Shown: positions 43,363-55,915 of the stretch, piece after piece
Numbering within the stretch: the first letter of the stretch is position 1
Layout: the number at the start of each line of letters is the position of its first letter
Assembly (NCBI GenBank): GCA_964019335.1
Contig: OZ025733.1
Span: 310,001 to 374,000 of the forward strand
DNA: 64,000 nt
Direction: 5' to 3'
Source: Diplonema japonicum
Lineage: Eukaryota > Protista > Euglenozoa: Diplonemea
The notes under the pieces: generated by a model
What the model was told of the DNA's origin: nothing
The model's database searches: none
What the model saw: only the letters and a program-made list of their open reading frames with translations
Translations under genes and position numbers: made by a program

Positions 43363-46197
43363 ATGCACCACCAGAACCCTGCAATGGCATTCCTGCTGGA
43401 CCCATTCCCGTTGCCTGGGGAGCTAGGAACACCAGCGAACAACCTACCTAAGTGTCCACTACCACCACAGAGGAGCAGAAGACAGGTGGTGCGAAATAGC
43501 TGTGTGAAGGTGCTCCCCAGGCTGAATGTGAGAAACAAAAGGGTGATTGGAAAGGAACCTAAGCCTCCCCCGCGAAGGGCCGACGAGCTGAGGAAATTGC
43601 TGTCGAAGTCGCTACCATATGATACGTTGCCTATGGAAGGCAAAGCTGAGATAGATGAACAGGTTTGCAGCACTGTGTCTCCCCGCCATCGTGTCCCGCA
43701 GGAGTCGAATAGGTTGATTGAAACGCCAGAACCCGTTGGTGGGTTCAGCAAGCTGTACGACTCTGTGACAGAGATGGTGGAGACCCTCGGAGCACCGCAA
43801 GACAGCCTCGACGAAAAGTGGTCACGCATCGCAGAATGGATCGACAGCTTCCACAGCAAGCAGCGGTTGTCCAAAGCTGCCGAGATGTGTCTTGACCTCT
43901 ACGCGCGACTCATTGCCAACAATGACGAGCAGCCTCCCATCACAACTGCATTTATCATCCTCGAGCAGGTCATGCTCATGGTGTTACGTAACGTCCCTGC
44001 TCTCAAGGATGTCATTCGCAGGGTTTACAAGGAGATCACCACCGCTATCTACGAGCAGGACCTGACCGACCCCGCACCCATGGAGGCACCCGACGAGGAG
44101 TGCGAAGCGAGCTACGGCAGGTTCACCGATATTACATTATACCGCGAGCATGTTCTGAAGGCGCAGCGTGATGCTACCATGGCCGTTAATGTTGTCGTGA
44201 CCCGTGCACGCGTGGCACGGCAGGGCTGGGCAAACGCATTGCATCGAGCGGACAAAACGCTTGTAAAACTTGTGTTCCGTTCGTGGTTGTACGCCCACCG
44301 CAAGGAGCGCGGGCTGCTCGGGTACTACGAGAACGACGACTTCGATGAGCGGGGGACCTTTATCACGCAGGCAAAAGAGAAGGACGACGCGCTTGCTTCT
44401 GCAAGGGAGCGCGAGCACGAACTGATCCAGAACGAACGACACCTCCGCCAGCAGCTGCAGGGTCTCAGCAAGGACGTCCTCGACATGCTGAAGCAACAAG
44501 AGTCGGCGCAGGAAATGCTCAACACACAGGACTCGGAGATCACGCACCTCACCAGCACCATTGCGTCCCTCACTGAGCAGCTCAAGGCGACTGACAGCTT
44601 TCGCGAGCAGCTCGACTCCGCCCAACAGCAGCAGGCTGCATCTGCAGATACACAAAACAAGATAGTCACCATGGTGCTCGGAATCCTCAACAAGGTCAGG
44701 GGCGGTGCCTCCGAACATCGCAGCAAGGTGCGCTTGTGGTCTAGTCTCGACATCACGCAGGAGGTGACCCCATCCAGCCTCCACCAGTGGCTCAGCAGCA
44801 TCATCGAACTCGTCCCAAACGGGAAAGAGGTTCCATCGTGGGAGGCGGGGCCCCATTTGCTGCAGCCCTTCGCGACTGTGCTGCACGTGTTGTTCCCGAA
44901 GGTGATCAACGAGGAGGCCTTCACATCGTTTGTGGCAGAGGTCAACTTTCGGAACAAAGCGACAATATTCTCACGATGGCTGGGCGACTGCGGTGTCTCG
45001 ACGAAGGTCACACCGGAGGAGCTGGCGGCACCTTTCTCCGCGATGCCGATGTCGCCGCTGATGTACCAGACCATCGCAACACTAATGTTCCATGCATACT
45101 CAGGGGGGTACGTGGCGAGGGTCCTGGACATACCAACATGGGACATGGAGGAAACCATGGAAGATGACACTGCTGTGCTTTACAAAGAGTACGACGCGTT
45201 GCAGAAGGCAGCGGAAACATACATGGAGGAGGGCGAGAGATGGATGAGAAGCGCAACGTTCGGCTTGACAGAATGCGTCGAAAAGCTACTGCGGCAAGTG
45301 CTTGTGGAGAAGACAACTGAACCCGACGAAGAAATCGACGTGGACGTGAAGCAGCTAAATGAAATGGTGGATGACAATGCCGATGACTTGGAGGCCACTA
45401 AAGAGACACTTAACGCGAACGCATCTGAACTCAAGAAAATATTCACATATTACGCGTCATCGGTGTCCGGCGGTGTCGGTGGGAAGATCATGAGCGAGCA
45501 GGAGTTCGTCCGGTTCATCGTTGACGCCAAGCTGATGGGGAAGTCCGTCACACGGCAGTACCTTGTCACACTCTTTTCGAAAAGACACAACGATCAAACA
45601 TGCACACTTCATGAGTGGGTCATTCTCCTTGTCATCATCAGCAAGGCAAAGTATAAAGTAGGCCCTGTTTCCACGCGATTGAGCAAGCTTCTCAGCCTCC
45701 ACGTTTTGCAGAACTCCAAACAAATGGAGCTCGATCAGTTCCGGAAGGCCATCTACAGCGACAAGGTGCAGGGAATTCTCATTGAGTTTAACAGTGTCGT
45801 CTTCGCCGCCTTCAAGCAGTACTCCGAGGTCCCGAAGGGGTTAAGCAACGGGGCACCGTTGATGTCGAAACCGCAGTACGACAGGTTTCTTCATGACATC
45901 CACATCACCGATCAGTCCTGCACCAGTTATATGACGGATGAAATCTTCAAGCAGATACAGGACCCTGATGACGATTCAGAGGATCTTGTTTTTTCTGAGT
46001 TCTGCGAATGCCTGGTCACCATAGCTGCCGTGAAGCGTCCCGAGCCTTACCTTCCCCTCCACCAAAGACTCCGTTACGTGTTGGAGACGTGGCTAGGCGG
46101 CTTCAAGGCCAAGAAACAAGACAATGCGTCACGGAAGGTGGTCCGCCGCAGCACTGCAGGGTCCGCCTCTTCGTTGAAACACGAAAGAACCCTGTAG
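43363..46197 (+). CDS. Coiled-coil protein with C-terminal EF-hand/p25-like helical repeats (possibly cytoskeletal or flagellar)
   Basis: Long ORF; heptad region; ELKKIFTYYAS...MSEQEFVRFIVDAKL and LVFSEFCECLVTIA. A pyrimidine tract plus TGTAG lies just before the ATG. Confidence 0.6.
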   Translation: MHHQNPAMAFLLDPFPLPGELGTPANNLPKCPLPPQRSRRQVVRNSCVKVLPRLNVRNKRVIGKEPKPPPRRADELRKLLSKSLPYDTLPMEGKAEIDEQVCSTVSPRHRVPQESNRLIETPEPVGGFSKLYDSVTEMVETLGAPQDSLDEKWSRIAEWIDSFHSKQRLSKAAEMCLDLYARLIANNDEQPPITTAFIILEQVMLMVLRNVPALKDVIRRVYKEITTAIYEQDLTDPAPMEAPDEECEASYGRFTDITLYREHVLKAQRDATMAVNVVVTRARVARQGWANALHRADKTLVKLVFRSWLYAHRKERGLLGYYENDDFDERGTFITQAKEKDDALASAREREHELIQNERHLRQQLQGLSKDVLDMLKQQESAQEMLNTQDSEITHLTSTIASLTEQLKATDSFREQLDSAQQQQAASADTQNKIVTMVLGILNKVRGGASEHRSKVRLWSSLDITQEVTPSSLHQWLSSIIELVPNGKEVPSWEAGPHLLQPFATVLHVLFPKVINEEAFTSFVAEVNFRNKATIFSRWLGDCGVSTKVTPEELAAPFSAMPMSPLMYQTIATLMFHAYSGGYVARVLDIPTWDMEETMEDDTAVLYKEYDALQKAAETYMEEGERWMRSATFGLTECVEKLLRQVLVEKTTEPDEEIDVDVKQLNEMVDDNADDLEATKETLNANASELKKIFTYYASSVSGGVGGKIMSEQEFVRFIVDAKLMGKSVTRQYLVTLFSKRHNDQTCTLHEWVILLVIISKAKYKVGPVSTRLSKLLSLHVLQNSKQMELDQFRKAIYSDKVQGILIEFNSVVFAAFKQYSEVPKGLSNGAPLMSKPQYDRFLHDIHITDQSCTSYMTDEIFKQIQDPDDDSEDLVFSEFCECLVTIAAVKRPEPYLPLHQRLRYVLETWLGGFKAKKQDNASRKVVRRSTAGSASSLKHERTL

Positions 46198-46327
46198 ATG
46201 GACTTTTGTTTTACAACAAAAAGAAGGGGGGGGGGGGAACCATTTTTTTTCCGAAAGAAAAATAGATTTTTTGTTCTTTTTTTTTAAAAAGCCATTTCTA
46301 CAGGAGGAGGGGGTTTTTGGATGTAAA

Positions 46328-47139
46328 ATGGTGACATGCATCAAAAACCTAATGGACAGCCTGGGTCAATTCGAGACCGGGGTCAAGCGGCTGCAGGAAT
46401 ACTGCGACAAGGTAGGCTCGAGCGAAGACTGCCAGCGTATGAGGGAGAAGATGGAGAAGGAGAAGGAGGTGATCGCGAAGCTAAGAGCACCGATCAGGGC
46501 GCAGTTCATCGAGCTGAAAAAAACAGAAAAGGACGAAGACACTGGGTGCTACAAGGAACTATCCGACAGGTGGGCGAAAGCGTGGGGACAGTTCGGGGGT
46601 ATGCACACACGCACCACACCCTAAAAACAAACCCCCAACAGAATTGCAAAAACAGTGTAAAAAAAAGCTGAGAGAACCACTACCAAACAAAGTATGTCAA
46701 AAGAAAAAAAAAAACCCCCCCCTTTCAGGCTCCTGTTGACGATCGAAATGTATACCAACAAGAAGAAGACGACGATGGGGCGGACCAAACCATGCAGAGT
46801 GTTGGGCTGCAGCTCAAACGCTATGACGTGTCAGCAGCCATGACTGAGGAGGCCATCCAAAAGGAGAAGGCTCAGGAGATCAGCGAAATAGAAATCGGGA
46901 TTAACGAGATTCAAGGAATGTATCACGAATTCAATGACATGGTTGTGGAGCAGGCCCAGCCTCTGGACACAGCTTTAGAAAACGTAGACCATGCTATAGT
47001 GGATGTTCGTGGTGGGACGGAGCACCTCCAAACTGCATCAAAGCACCAGAAGTCCTCCCGGAAGAAGATGTGCTGCATCGGTGTCCTCCTTCTCATTATC
47101 ATTATAATCATCGTCGTCGTTGTCGCAGTCGTGGCTTAG
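46328..47139 (+). CDS. Qa-SNARE syntaxin (syntaxin 7/12-like), 3 exons (46328-46598, 46642-46691, 46729-47139)
   Basis: Habc-like helices; SNARE motif EISEIEIGINEIQGMYHEFNDMVVEQAQPLDTALENV; C-terminal TM anchor; introns of 43 and 37 nt. Confidence 0.85.
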
Positions 47140-47738
47140 TTTGTAAGAGAGAAGAAAAAAAAAAATAGACAATCCTCCCCCCTCTTCTCCCCCCTACAGT
47201 TTCTGTAATAAGACATTGTTTTTTTTTTTCTTTCTTTTTTTCTTTTTTTTTTTCTTTTTTTTCTTCCCCCGATTTCAGGCCCCCGTTATAGTATAGTCAG
47301 CATTTTTTTCTCTCTTTTTTTTTTTTTCCTTTCTTTTTCTTCTCAAAAAAAAGGAAAAAGAAATGCCGAAGGTACCGTGACGAGGATGACACACCGGGCC
47401 TGTGTCAAAAAAAAAAAAGCTCTTGTGGTTGAGGGGGGGGGAGAGAGACTACCTTGCTGAGATTACAACAGCAAGAGATTCATGTTGCAGGGATAAAAGG
47501 GGAGGAAGGTAAAAAACAAAAAAAAAAAGAACTGTGACTTTTCTTTTTTTTTTGTTTCTGTTTTTTGTTTCTACTTATAAAATCTTTGAAACTGCTGTGG
47601 ACCAAAAAAAAAAATGTTTCATCCCCCCCTGCCTTTCCTTGTCTTTCCTCAGTTTATGTTGTTTCCCCGCCCCCCTTTTTTTTACTCCACAAAAACCCAC
47701 AAGAAAGGTGAAGAAAGAAGGGGGGGGGGGAGAAATAA

Positions 47739-48665
47739 ATGACCCACGGGTTTTCAGGTGTGTATAGCACACCGCAGCGATCGAAATACCCGACTGGGGG
47801 AGCGAGAAAAAGCCCCGGGAGCGGGGGCAAGGTGGCAAAGAAAGTGGCCGGGCAACAACAAACACCACTGGTGCAGCAACAAACACCACTGGTGCAAAGC
47901 CCTATCAGAGACGCTTCGTGCAAATGCAATGCGACCGCTTTTCAGCACGAGCTGGCCACGATGCGAAAGGTCACCGCCGACCAAGACAGAGAGATAGGGT
48001 TTTTAAAGGGCAAGGTACAAAGCTTGGAGGACCAGATGTTCTTCCTGATGGAAAGCATCACAAAACGAGAGGAAACCCAACAAACAACATGGGCCCAAGA
48101 AAAGAAGGAGCTCATGGAGTCAGTTGAACTCTTACGGACCGGTAACGAACAGCTACTGGCCTTGGCTCACCATCAGCCACAACAGGCACGTGAACCTCCT
48201 TCTGAGCATCATGCGGCACACTCCATACCTATGGCACCTATACAGTCGCATTCTATTCGTAATATTGAACGGGCGTGGAGCAGAGGTGGTGGTGGTGGTA
48301 GTGGTGGTGGTGGCTTGAAGCTTCACACCATGCAGTGTCTAATCCTCACAGAGGGTTCCAAAGGACAGTCTGTAGACGTTGCAATCTCTTCCCCTCCTCC
48401 ATGGGAGCTTCCCTCTGCCCTGACCGCTCTTGTCGACGCCGGCCTCCTCGCTGGTGCGACCCCTGCCCACCTCTCCACTATCATGTTCTGCCTGGAGCGT
48501 AACGGTGTTCGGACCGTCATCGAGAACCCGCACAGCCCTAACATCGTGGTCATGCAGGAGGACAGGCTCTGCGTTGTGATTCTCTTGCAGCAAGGCACCC
48601 CCACAAACTCACCGCGTATCAACGCCTCCCGCCTCTGGCGCGACAGACGACCGTCACTGTATTAG
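47739..48665 (+). CDS. Hypothetical coiled-coil protein
   Basis: 308-aa ORF, duplicated QQQTPLV, coiled coil, poly-Gly linker. Confidence 0.6.
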   Translation: MTHGFSGVYSTPQRSKYPTGGARKSPGSGGKVAKKVAGQQQTPLVQQQTPLVQSPIRDASCKCNATAFQHELATMRKVTADQDREIGFLKGKVQSLEDQMFFLMESITKREETQQTTWAQEKKELMESVELLRTGNEQLLALAHHQPQQAREPPSEHHAAHSIPMAPIQSHSIRNIERAWSRGGGGGSGGGGLKLHTMQCLILTEGSKGQSVDVAISSPPPWELPSALTALVDAGLLAGATPAHLSTIMFCLERNGVRTVIENPHSPNIVVMQEDRLCVVILLQQGTPTNSPRINASRLWRDRRPSLY

Positions 48666-48719
48666 ATTTGTACTTTTTTTCTTTTTTTCCTTGTGCAGTT
48701 AGGCAATATTCCAATTAGA

Positions 48720-48845
48720 AAAATGCTATTCCGAAAGAAGAGGATCGCCTGTGTGTCAGCGTGCACACAGTTCTGCCGACGCTGATGAACAACGCCTTCG
48801 CTCTCTGGCGCTGGAACAGGACGGGCACCTAGCGTGAGAGGAGAA
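48720..48845 (+). pseudogene. Degenerate duplicate of the 5' end of the downstream PqiA-domain gene
   Basis: gacgctgatgaacaacgccttcgctctctggcgctggaacaggacg matches 49255-49301, and atcgcctgtg matches about 49189; internal deletions present. Confidence 0.7.
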
Positions 48846-49117
48846 ACGACAAGTAGCTGGTGAAGAATATTGTCATTACCACAGCTATTATCACTGGACG
48901 GTTGGTTATAATTCTTGTGAAGTGTGTTTGGCATCCTTTCAATTCTTTGACAGATTCCGAACGCCCCCCCCCCCCCCCCCCCAGCTCTCATCCTTTGTTT
49001 CCTATCTCTCTTTCTTTTCGTACCTTCATGCTGGCTATGCTTTGCTTTAGTCGCTCTTTCTTCAATTTTCTGTCTTCCTATTCCTGTACCCCTACAAGGA
49101 GTCCAACAAATAAGAAA

Positions 49118-52100
49118 ATGTTGCGGCTAGCCAGCCTAGTGTTGCTGCTTTGGTTGGGGTCAGCGGCGGCCACCGAAGATGAGGGGGCATCGCCTGTGCC
49201 ATTCGGAGCACTGAATGAGCTGCTGCACAACGTGCAACTGATCGTGCCGAACATGACGCTGATGAACAACGCCTTGGCTCACCTGGTGCTAGAACAGGAC
49301 GCGTATCTGCAAAACATCAGCGTGGAGGACGCGACTGTGGCAACGAACGTGGTGAGCAAGACGGAGATCGAGATGGAAGTGAAGCTGACAGAGTTCCGGG
49401 GGGTCCTGCAGGGACCGATGGGGCTGAGAGTGCCTGGAGGGAAAAACTTGAAGCATGGGGATGGCTGGTTCAGGGCGCGGGCGAAGGAAGTAACGATGAC
49501 GTTGCAGTTCTCGAGCGAGGACACAAAAACAGAACCTCCGACAGGGGTGAAGGGGAAGGCGCACTTGAAGGGACTCTCCCTGCACATGAACTGCACCGGG
49601 GGGCTGGAGTTCCACGCGGAGTGCGATGCTTTGGATGCCATCCTGCAGCTGGCGGACTCCCTCGGCGGGATAATCGAGAACATCATCTTGAAGGTGATCG
49701 TGGACAAGCTGATCCCCGGTATCGACAAGCTGGTGAAGGCGATCGGGGCAGAGATTTTGAAGGCGGAGCACCCCGTGGCGCCCTTCCCAGACCCCGCTAT
49801 AGCAGAGGAGGCAAACGCGGAGGCGCTGCTGGGGACGGCGAATCTGAACTCGTCGACGATTCGGATCGCAGAGCTCCTCGTGAACAAAGTGTTCAACGTG
49901 AACGGGACAGGGCCGAACGCGAACCGCCTTGTCATCAACGAGGTGATCGACAAGATAGTCCCTGGGGGCAGCCTGCCGGTGAACACGTCGGGGCTCGCGC
50001 CCATAGTAGTCGTGGAGGGCCCGTTGACGGTCCAAATGCAGGTGAACGAGGTGCGGCTGCTCGGGGTCGACGAGTTCACAGACTTCACACTGCTAGACGT
50101 GGTGGCCAACCACACGCTGCAGAGCGAGCTTGCATTCAAGGGGCTAAAGGTGGCGCTCGCGACGACGGTGACGGTGGAGGTGGCGGACACCGTGGTGGTC
50201 GGGGGCGGGAAGTTTTCGATGGGGCTGGACGTGAACGCGACCCTCGGGGGAGGGGTGAAGCTCGCCCTCATCACAGGGGTGGAGGGGGAAAAGCTGATGT
50301 CGATTCAGCAAGGTTCGCTGCAGCGCTCTGCCATGGCTTGCATCGCAGAGGCGGTGTCCGTGATGAACATGACCTACCTCACCTTCGACCCGACACGCTT
50401 CGCCGTTGACTTGGAGATGCACTTCGTGAGCCCCCCGGTCCCGAACACGGGAGGGCTGAACCACCTCCTCCAGTCTATCCTGGAAGCGACCTACATTCTG
50501 TATGCCCCTTCTGCGAGTCGGGCCCTCCCCGTCCTCACATTGGAGAAGCTCACTCCGATTGTTAACAAGCTTCTGGAAGGGGTTGTGAACGACACAGCAC
50601 CGTGCCTCCCCCCTAGTCCCTCGTCCTCGTTGTCCACCTCTTCAGACGACGGCTACGTGAACTTCCAAAATTCGGGACTTATCGGCATACTCGACTTTTT
50701 GATGAATGAGGTGTTCGGGGACATTGGGAGCGACATGGACGTAAACCACGTGGCAAAGGTGCTTCTCGAGACGGATGGGGGCTGGAACGGGACGGCATTC
50801 AACTACCCGAACACAGTGTCCATGGTGCTGGACAAGGTGAACTACGGTGCAACGCCCCAGCCAGTGCACATTGGGTACCTCGCCCTCACGATCGGGAACA
50901 TGAGCGTGTCGCTGCTGGATGGCTTCTCTGAGCTGGTGGTGCTGCAACCGAACGGGACGCACGAGCTGGACACGCGAATTCGGGGCCCAGGGGTGAAAGT
51001 GGCTTTAGACGTAAACCTCACCTGGACGAACTACGGGGACAATATCATGGACTGGTCGCACATCGAGTTCGAGATCGACGAGCTGTTCCTGGAGCTGGAC
51101 GTTGCAATGCTGATCAAAAGGGAAGAGTTCGCATATCTGCAGCTGAACCAGTCACTGGACCTGTCGTGCCTGTATCCAACAATGGGGCCACACGGGCTCC
51201 GCTTCCCCGTTACGAAAGCCTCGGTAGAGCACGCGCACCTCTCGCTGGACTGCTACGACTGCTCTGGCCCTGTCTTCTACACGTGGGGGGAGGTGCTGAA
51301 GAAGGCCGACCCTGCGATCAAGAAGACGGTGAACTACCTGCTGGAGGGGATCGTGCACGTGCTGAACTCGGAAAAGGGTGAGGCGCACATAGACCAGAGG
51401 CAGTCAGAGGCGGTGTGCGGGGAGGCCTTCCCACCTGCGAAGAAGCAGTACACGAAGGAATTCGACGGGGGCTGGTGGTTCCGCTTCTGCATAATGTTCA
51501 TGCTCCCCCTGCTGAGTGTGTTGCTGATGGCTACCTACACGGCATGGCGGGTAAGGCTGGCTCTGGACCCCGCGAACGAGAATAGCGCTTCTTTCCTGCA
51601 GGAGGGCTCCGTAGCAGAGGAGGAGTACGAGGTCGATGACGACGTGTCGACCTTCGCAGGCGGCGAGTCCCGCTGGGACTCCCTCCGCATGGGCGAGTCC
51701 GTTGCCTGCCACCCTGCTGTCCCTAAACGCTTCTCGCAAGCCTTCCCAGTCCTCGTCGTGTGCATGGCAACCATCCTCCTCTCAGCGCAGATGTACTACG
51801 AGTCTATCGGCATCGACGCCTCTGTCGTCATCGGAGGGCAAATGAAGGAGATTTCACTCTACAAGTACAGCACGTACAAGTTCTGCAGGGACGGCTTCAA
51901 CGCAGGCGGGTTGATGACGTGGATTGCTCTGGCTATCGGTGGTGCGTCTGGGGCGTGGGCCTGGATCAGGATGTTCATGCTGACGTGGCTTTTCTACGTG
52001 CCGCCCACCGTTCTGTCTCACAAGTGGAGGACGCACGGCCTGGAGTTCCTGGACTACACCGCAAAGTGGTCGCTGATCGACCCGATCCTCAACATGTTCT

Positions 52101-53415
52101 TCATCCCCATGGTGAACATCTCACTTTACCCGCCTGATTCGTGGGAAGGCTGGACGCCCAACCTGCTCGTTGCGAATCTGTTTGTGGACACGCTTTACGG
52201 GTTCTTTGGGTTCTTCTTGTACCAGATCGTAGGTCTGATACTCGTGCAGGTGGTGCTGTTCTACGACAGGGATGTGGTAGCCAGCGTACGTGCAGAGATT
52301 CGTGCGGAGCAGGTGAACATCGCGAAGCCGTCATCGTCGGGGAGGTCGGTTGCGTCTGGGACCTCCTCAGTGAGGTCGTACGCAACCACCACATGGCTGA
52401 AGGAGGGTGCTGAGGACACACGCCGAGAGTCGCTTCGCGCCCACATGCACACACAGTTCGACTACTTCCTGTCGTGCTTTGTGCACCCGGACCCTGGCGA
52501 GAAGAGGTCCCGCATCTCCCTCCCGGGGAGGCTTCTCATCTTTGTTTGCCTTGTGGGCGTCATCACCGTTGTCATCATCGGTGCTGTGATCCCCTTTGTG
52601 GGGGTTCAGAACAAGGGCGTGTTGAACGTGGCCATTGAAGTAACGCCTGGCGCGGTATGCTGTGGACAAACAAAAAAGAAAAAGAAAAAAAAAAAAAAAA
52701 AAAAAAACTCCACAGGAAGCAAAGAGAACCTACACCCTGTACGAGATGATGAAGCTGTTCGTGCAAGCACCGGACACAACTGCAGCGAGCGTGTTGCGTG
52801 GGGTATGTCGCGTTTTGCATTTAAAAACAAAAAAAAAAAAAAAAAAAAAAAAGTTCGTCGCGATCGGGATTGTGATCTGTGTTGTGGTAGTACCCATCTT
52901 GGAGATCATCTTGCTCCTCGGAATGTGGTTTGTGCCACTCACTCTGACAGAGCACAAGATCCTTTTCACGCTTGCGGAGGTCAGTGCTTCGTGGTCCACT
53001 CTTGATGTGTTCACCGCGGCCACCTTCCTTATCACCATTGCTGTGCACCACTTGATGTCCTTCATCACCGGGAACAAGTTTGATGGGATTGACGGCACCC
53101 TGAACTGGCTGCAGGAGTGGGGAGTCGTAGGGCACACGTCGCGTGTTGCTGCGGCTGACGGTGTGTGGTGCTCTGGTCTGGCCTTCCTTGCGGCAGGGTC
53201 GGTGGTGTCCAATGTTATTTACATCAGTCTCTTTGCTGCTAACAAGCAGGCTATCAGAGATAGAGAGAAGATCGCTTATGCTGTGTGGTATGGAGTTTTT
53301 TAAAAAAAAAAAAAATAAAAAAAAAAAAAGGTCTTCTCGGGTGCGAAACGCCAATGAGGATGATGAGGAAGACGATCATGTTGCGTACGATGTTAAGGCA
53401 AAAATACTGCAGTGA
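49118..53415 (+). CDS. Large membrane protein: signal peptide, repeated beta-rich lumenal domains, two PqiA-like TM domains (exons 49118-52654, 52716-52802, 52854-53287, 53331-53415)
   Basis: PqiA-type motifs KWSLIDP and SWSTLDVF; internal repeat LGVDEFTDFTLLDVVANHTL / SLLDGFSELVVLQPNGTHEL; three poly(A) introns of 61, 51 and 43 nt. Confidence 0.7.
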
Positions 53416-53704
53416 GGAATGGGGGGGTTTGGATTATGGAGCTGTGTTTACGTGTTCTTTTAAAAAGTCTGTATTTTTTTTTTTTTAAAGTAAGGGCGGC
53501 CCTCCATGAGGGGGTTTGTCCTGCACTTTGAGTTTTTTTTGTTCTTCGAGTGGGTTTTTTTTTTTTTTTTTGCTTTTTTCCGTGCGTGGAAAACAAAAAA
53601 AAAAAGAAAAATGACAATGGCACATTTTTTGTTTTTTTTTTTTCCGAGTATCCCAGAATGAGTAGTAATTTCTGTTTTCTTTTTTTTTTTTTTTTAGGGT
53701 GGAG

Positions 53705-53903
53705 TGCTAACTAGACCCAAGTCCGCCAGTAAGGGGACCGAATTTGAGCATTTTTAAAACACAAGGGTCTAGTTTAAATTTTTCTGAAACTTGGGGGTAG
53801 CACCTTGAGCATTTTATGAAACCTTGGGGTCTGGACCTTTGATCATGTCAAACAGGGGGGTTTGCTTTTGAGCATTTTCCCAAACTTAGGGGTCTAGTTA
53901 GCA
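53705..53903. mobile_element. MITE with 14-bp perfect TIRs and internal ~31-bp degenerate tandem repeats
   Basis: tgctaactagaccc (53705-53718) / gggtctagttagca (53890-53903); ttgagcatttt recurs about every 62 nt. Confidence 0.7.
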
Positions 53904-54274
53904 GTCTTCTCTTTTTCATTTTTTTTTTAAATATTTTTAAATAGAAGTGTGTTTCATCATTTTCTTTTTTTTTTTCTTCATTCTGATCAAAAGAAAATCC
54001 CCTTTTTATACAGTTTTGTTGTGTTCCCCCCCCCCCCCCCCCCGTAATCAAGTAAGCAGTGCTTGTGCAGGGCGCCACCAACCGGCCTCCTTTGTTTCTT
54101 ATATTTTTTTAAGGAGGAGAAACCGCTGCTGAAAGGGGATAGGAGCAGGGAGAGGGAACAAGGGCGGTCTCACAAGGACTTCTTTTAACTCACATATATT
54201 TATATTTCTTTTCTTTTCACGGCTCCGTCCAAAGCTGCAGCTAAAGCGCTGTGTGAAGGTTTTTTTTCTTTCCT

Positions 54275-54307
<33 letters not shown>

Positions 54308-55915
54308 AACTTTTGGTAGGGGGATTTAAAAAGAAAACCTTCTTTTGTTCATATACGAAATCTTCTCTTCTTAGACAAGCAGAGGGCCCATTCTCCCTTT
54401 CCCCCCGCTTTTTTTTTTTTTTTCTACATTTTCTTTTTTTTTTCTTCCCATCGTGTGAACTTGGATTGTATTTTCTTTGGCGGGCCGTTGCTAACCACTT
54501 CGTTCCTATCATAGTGAATTCTTTTATTTTTTTTTTTTTCATTCTTGAAAAAAGGGGGTTCGTTATCTAGGTACGAAATCGTGGTTTTTTTTTCTTCTTT
54601 TTCTTTTTTTTTTTTTTTTTTTCCGTGGCCCTCGGGGCCTTCTATATCTGTGCAATACTATCTGGGGAGAGGGAGGAAGAAAAAAAAAAAGAAAAAAAAA
54701 GAAGGGAACAGTAGAGAGTGGAGAGGGGGCAAAAAAAAGGTTTTTTTTCTTTTATTTTGTTCCTTTCTTCCTTTCTCTTCCTTAATATTTTTTTTTTACT
54801 TTTTTTTTCCCCCCCCTTACTTGTATCGTGAACGCTACCCCACACTAAATGACATCTTTCCTTCTTTTTTTTTTTAAAGCCACCTTCTTGTCTGCGCGTA
54901 CTTCCCTTTTTGTTTGTCTTTTTTTTTTTTTTAAAAACCCATTCGTCATTATTTCGCTGAACCCCTTCTAATTTCTTTTTTTGGGGTAGCACTGAACATT
55001 AATAGCAATTTGGTCAAGTTCTGTAGTGGATCCAAAGACGAATGTGGGAAAACGAGAAAAGAAAAAACCAGACTTACTTACCGCCAAATTGAACGCCATA
55101 ATTTAACTCTCAGGACCGTTTTCTTTGTTGGTAAATAGCTTCTTCTTTTTTTTTTTTTTTTTTTTTTTTTTGATAACCTACACCATAAAGAAGAAAAGAA
55201 CAAAAAAAAAAGAAAGAAAAAGGGCTGAATCGATAGTGGCTGTACCTTACCATTTAATTAATTCAGATATTTTTTTTCCTGTCACCAAAAAAGGAGAAAA
55301 AAAAAAAAAAAAGAAACAAGAAAGAAAGGAAGAAAACTAATCGTAATCCAAAAGGTTTATTGAGATACCATTATTTCAACGCTACACAAGGGTTCTTAAA
55401 AAAAAAAAAAAAAAAGAAAGAAATAAATAAAAAAAGGGAAGGAAGAGATTTTTTTTTTTTTCCCCGTCTCGCTTTCGGTTCCCATTCCTTAGGAATCGAG
55501 TAAAGAAAATATTTAAAAAAAAAAGTTCGCAAGAAGAAGGAAGGAACACGCTCACGAAGAAGGGGAGAACGAGGGGAAAAAAAAAAAAAAAAAAAAAAAA
55601 AAAAACAGAAGAAGAAGAAAAAAAAGGGAGAGGGAAGGGGAAAAAAAAGAAAAAGGAACATGGAGGCCTATTTTCTTTCCCTTAAACAAAGGGATCAAGA
55701 CACTCGTGACACTCCAAAAAAAGAAAGTTTTCCCCCCCCCCCCCTCTACACCCTACTGCACGAAGGGAGTGCAGCTCTCTCTCCTTTTTTTTTATCCCCC
55801 CCCTACCACTCGCTCCACAACGTTTTTACTGCTGTCTTTTTTTTTTCCTGTTTTTTTTTTGTTCTGTACATAATGTAGTATGAAAAAAAAAAAAAAAAAA
55901 AAAACCAAAAACAGA

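Noticed and set aside
48659-48698. GT...AG extension of the 47739 gene
   Set aside because: Splicing yields an immediate stop, and the downstream sequence is a duplicate fragment of the next gene.
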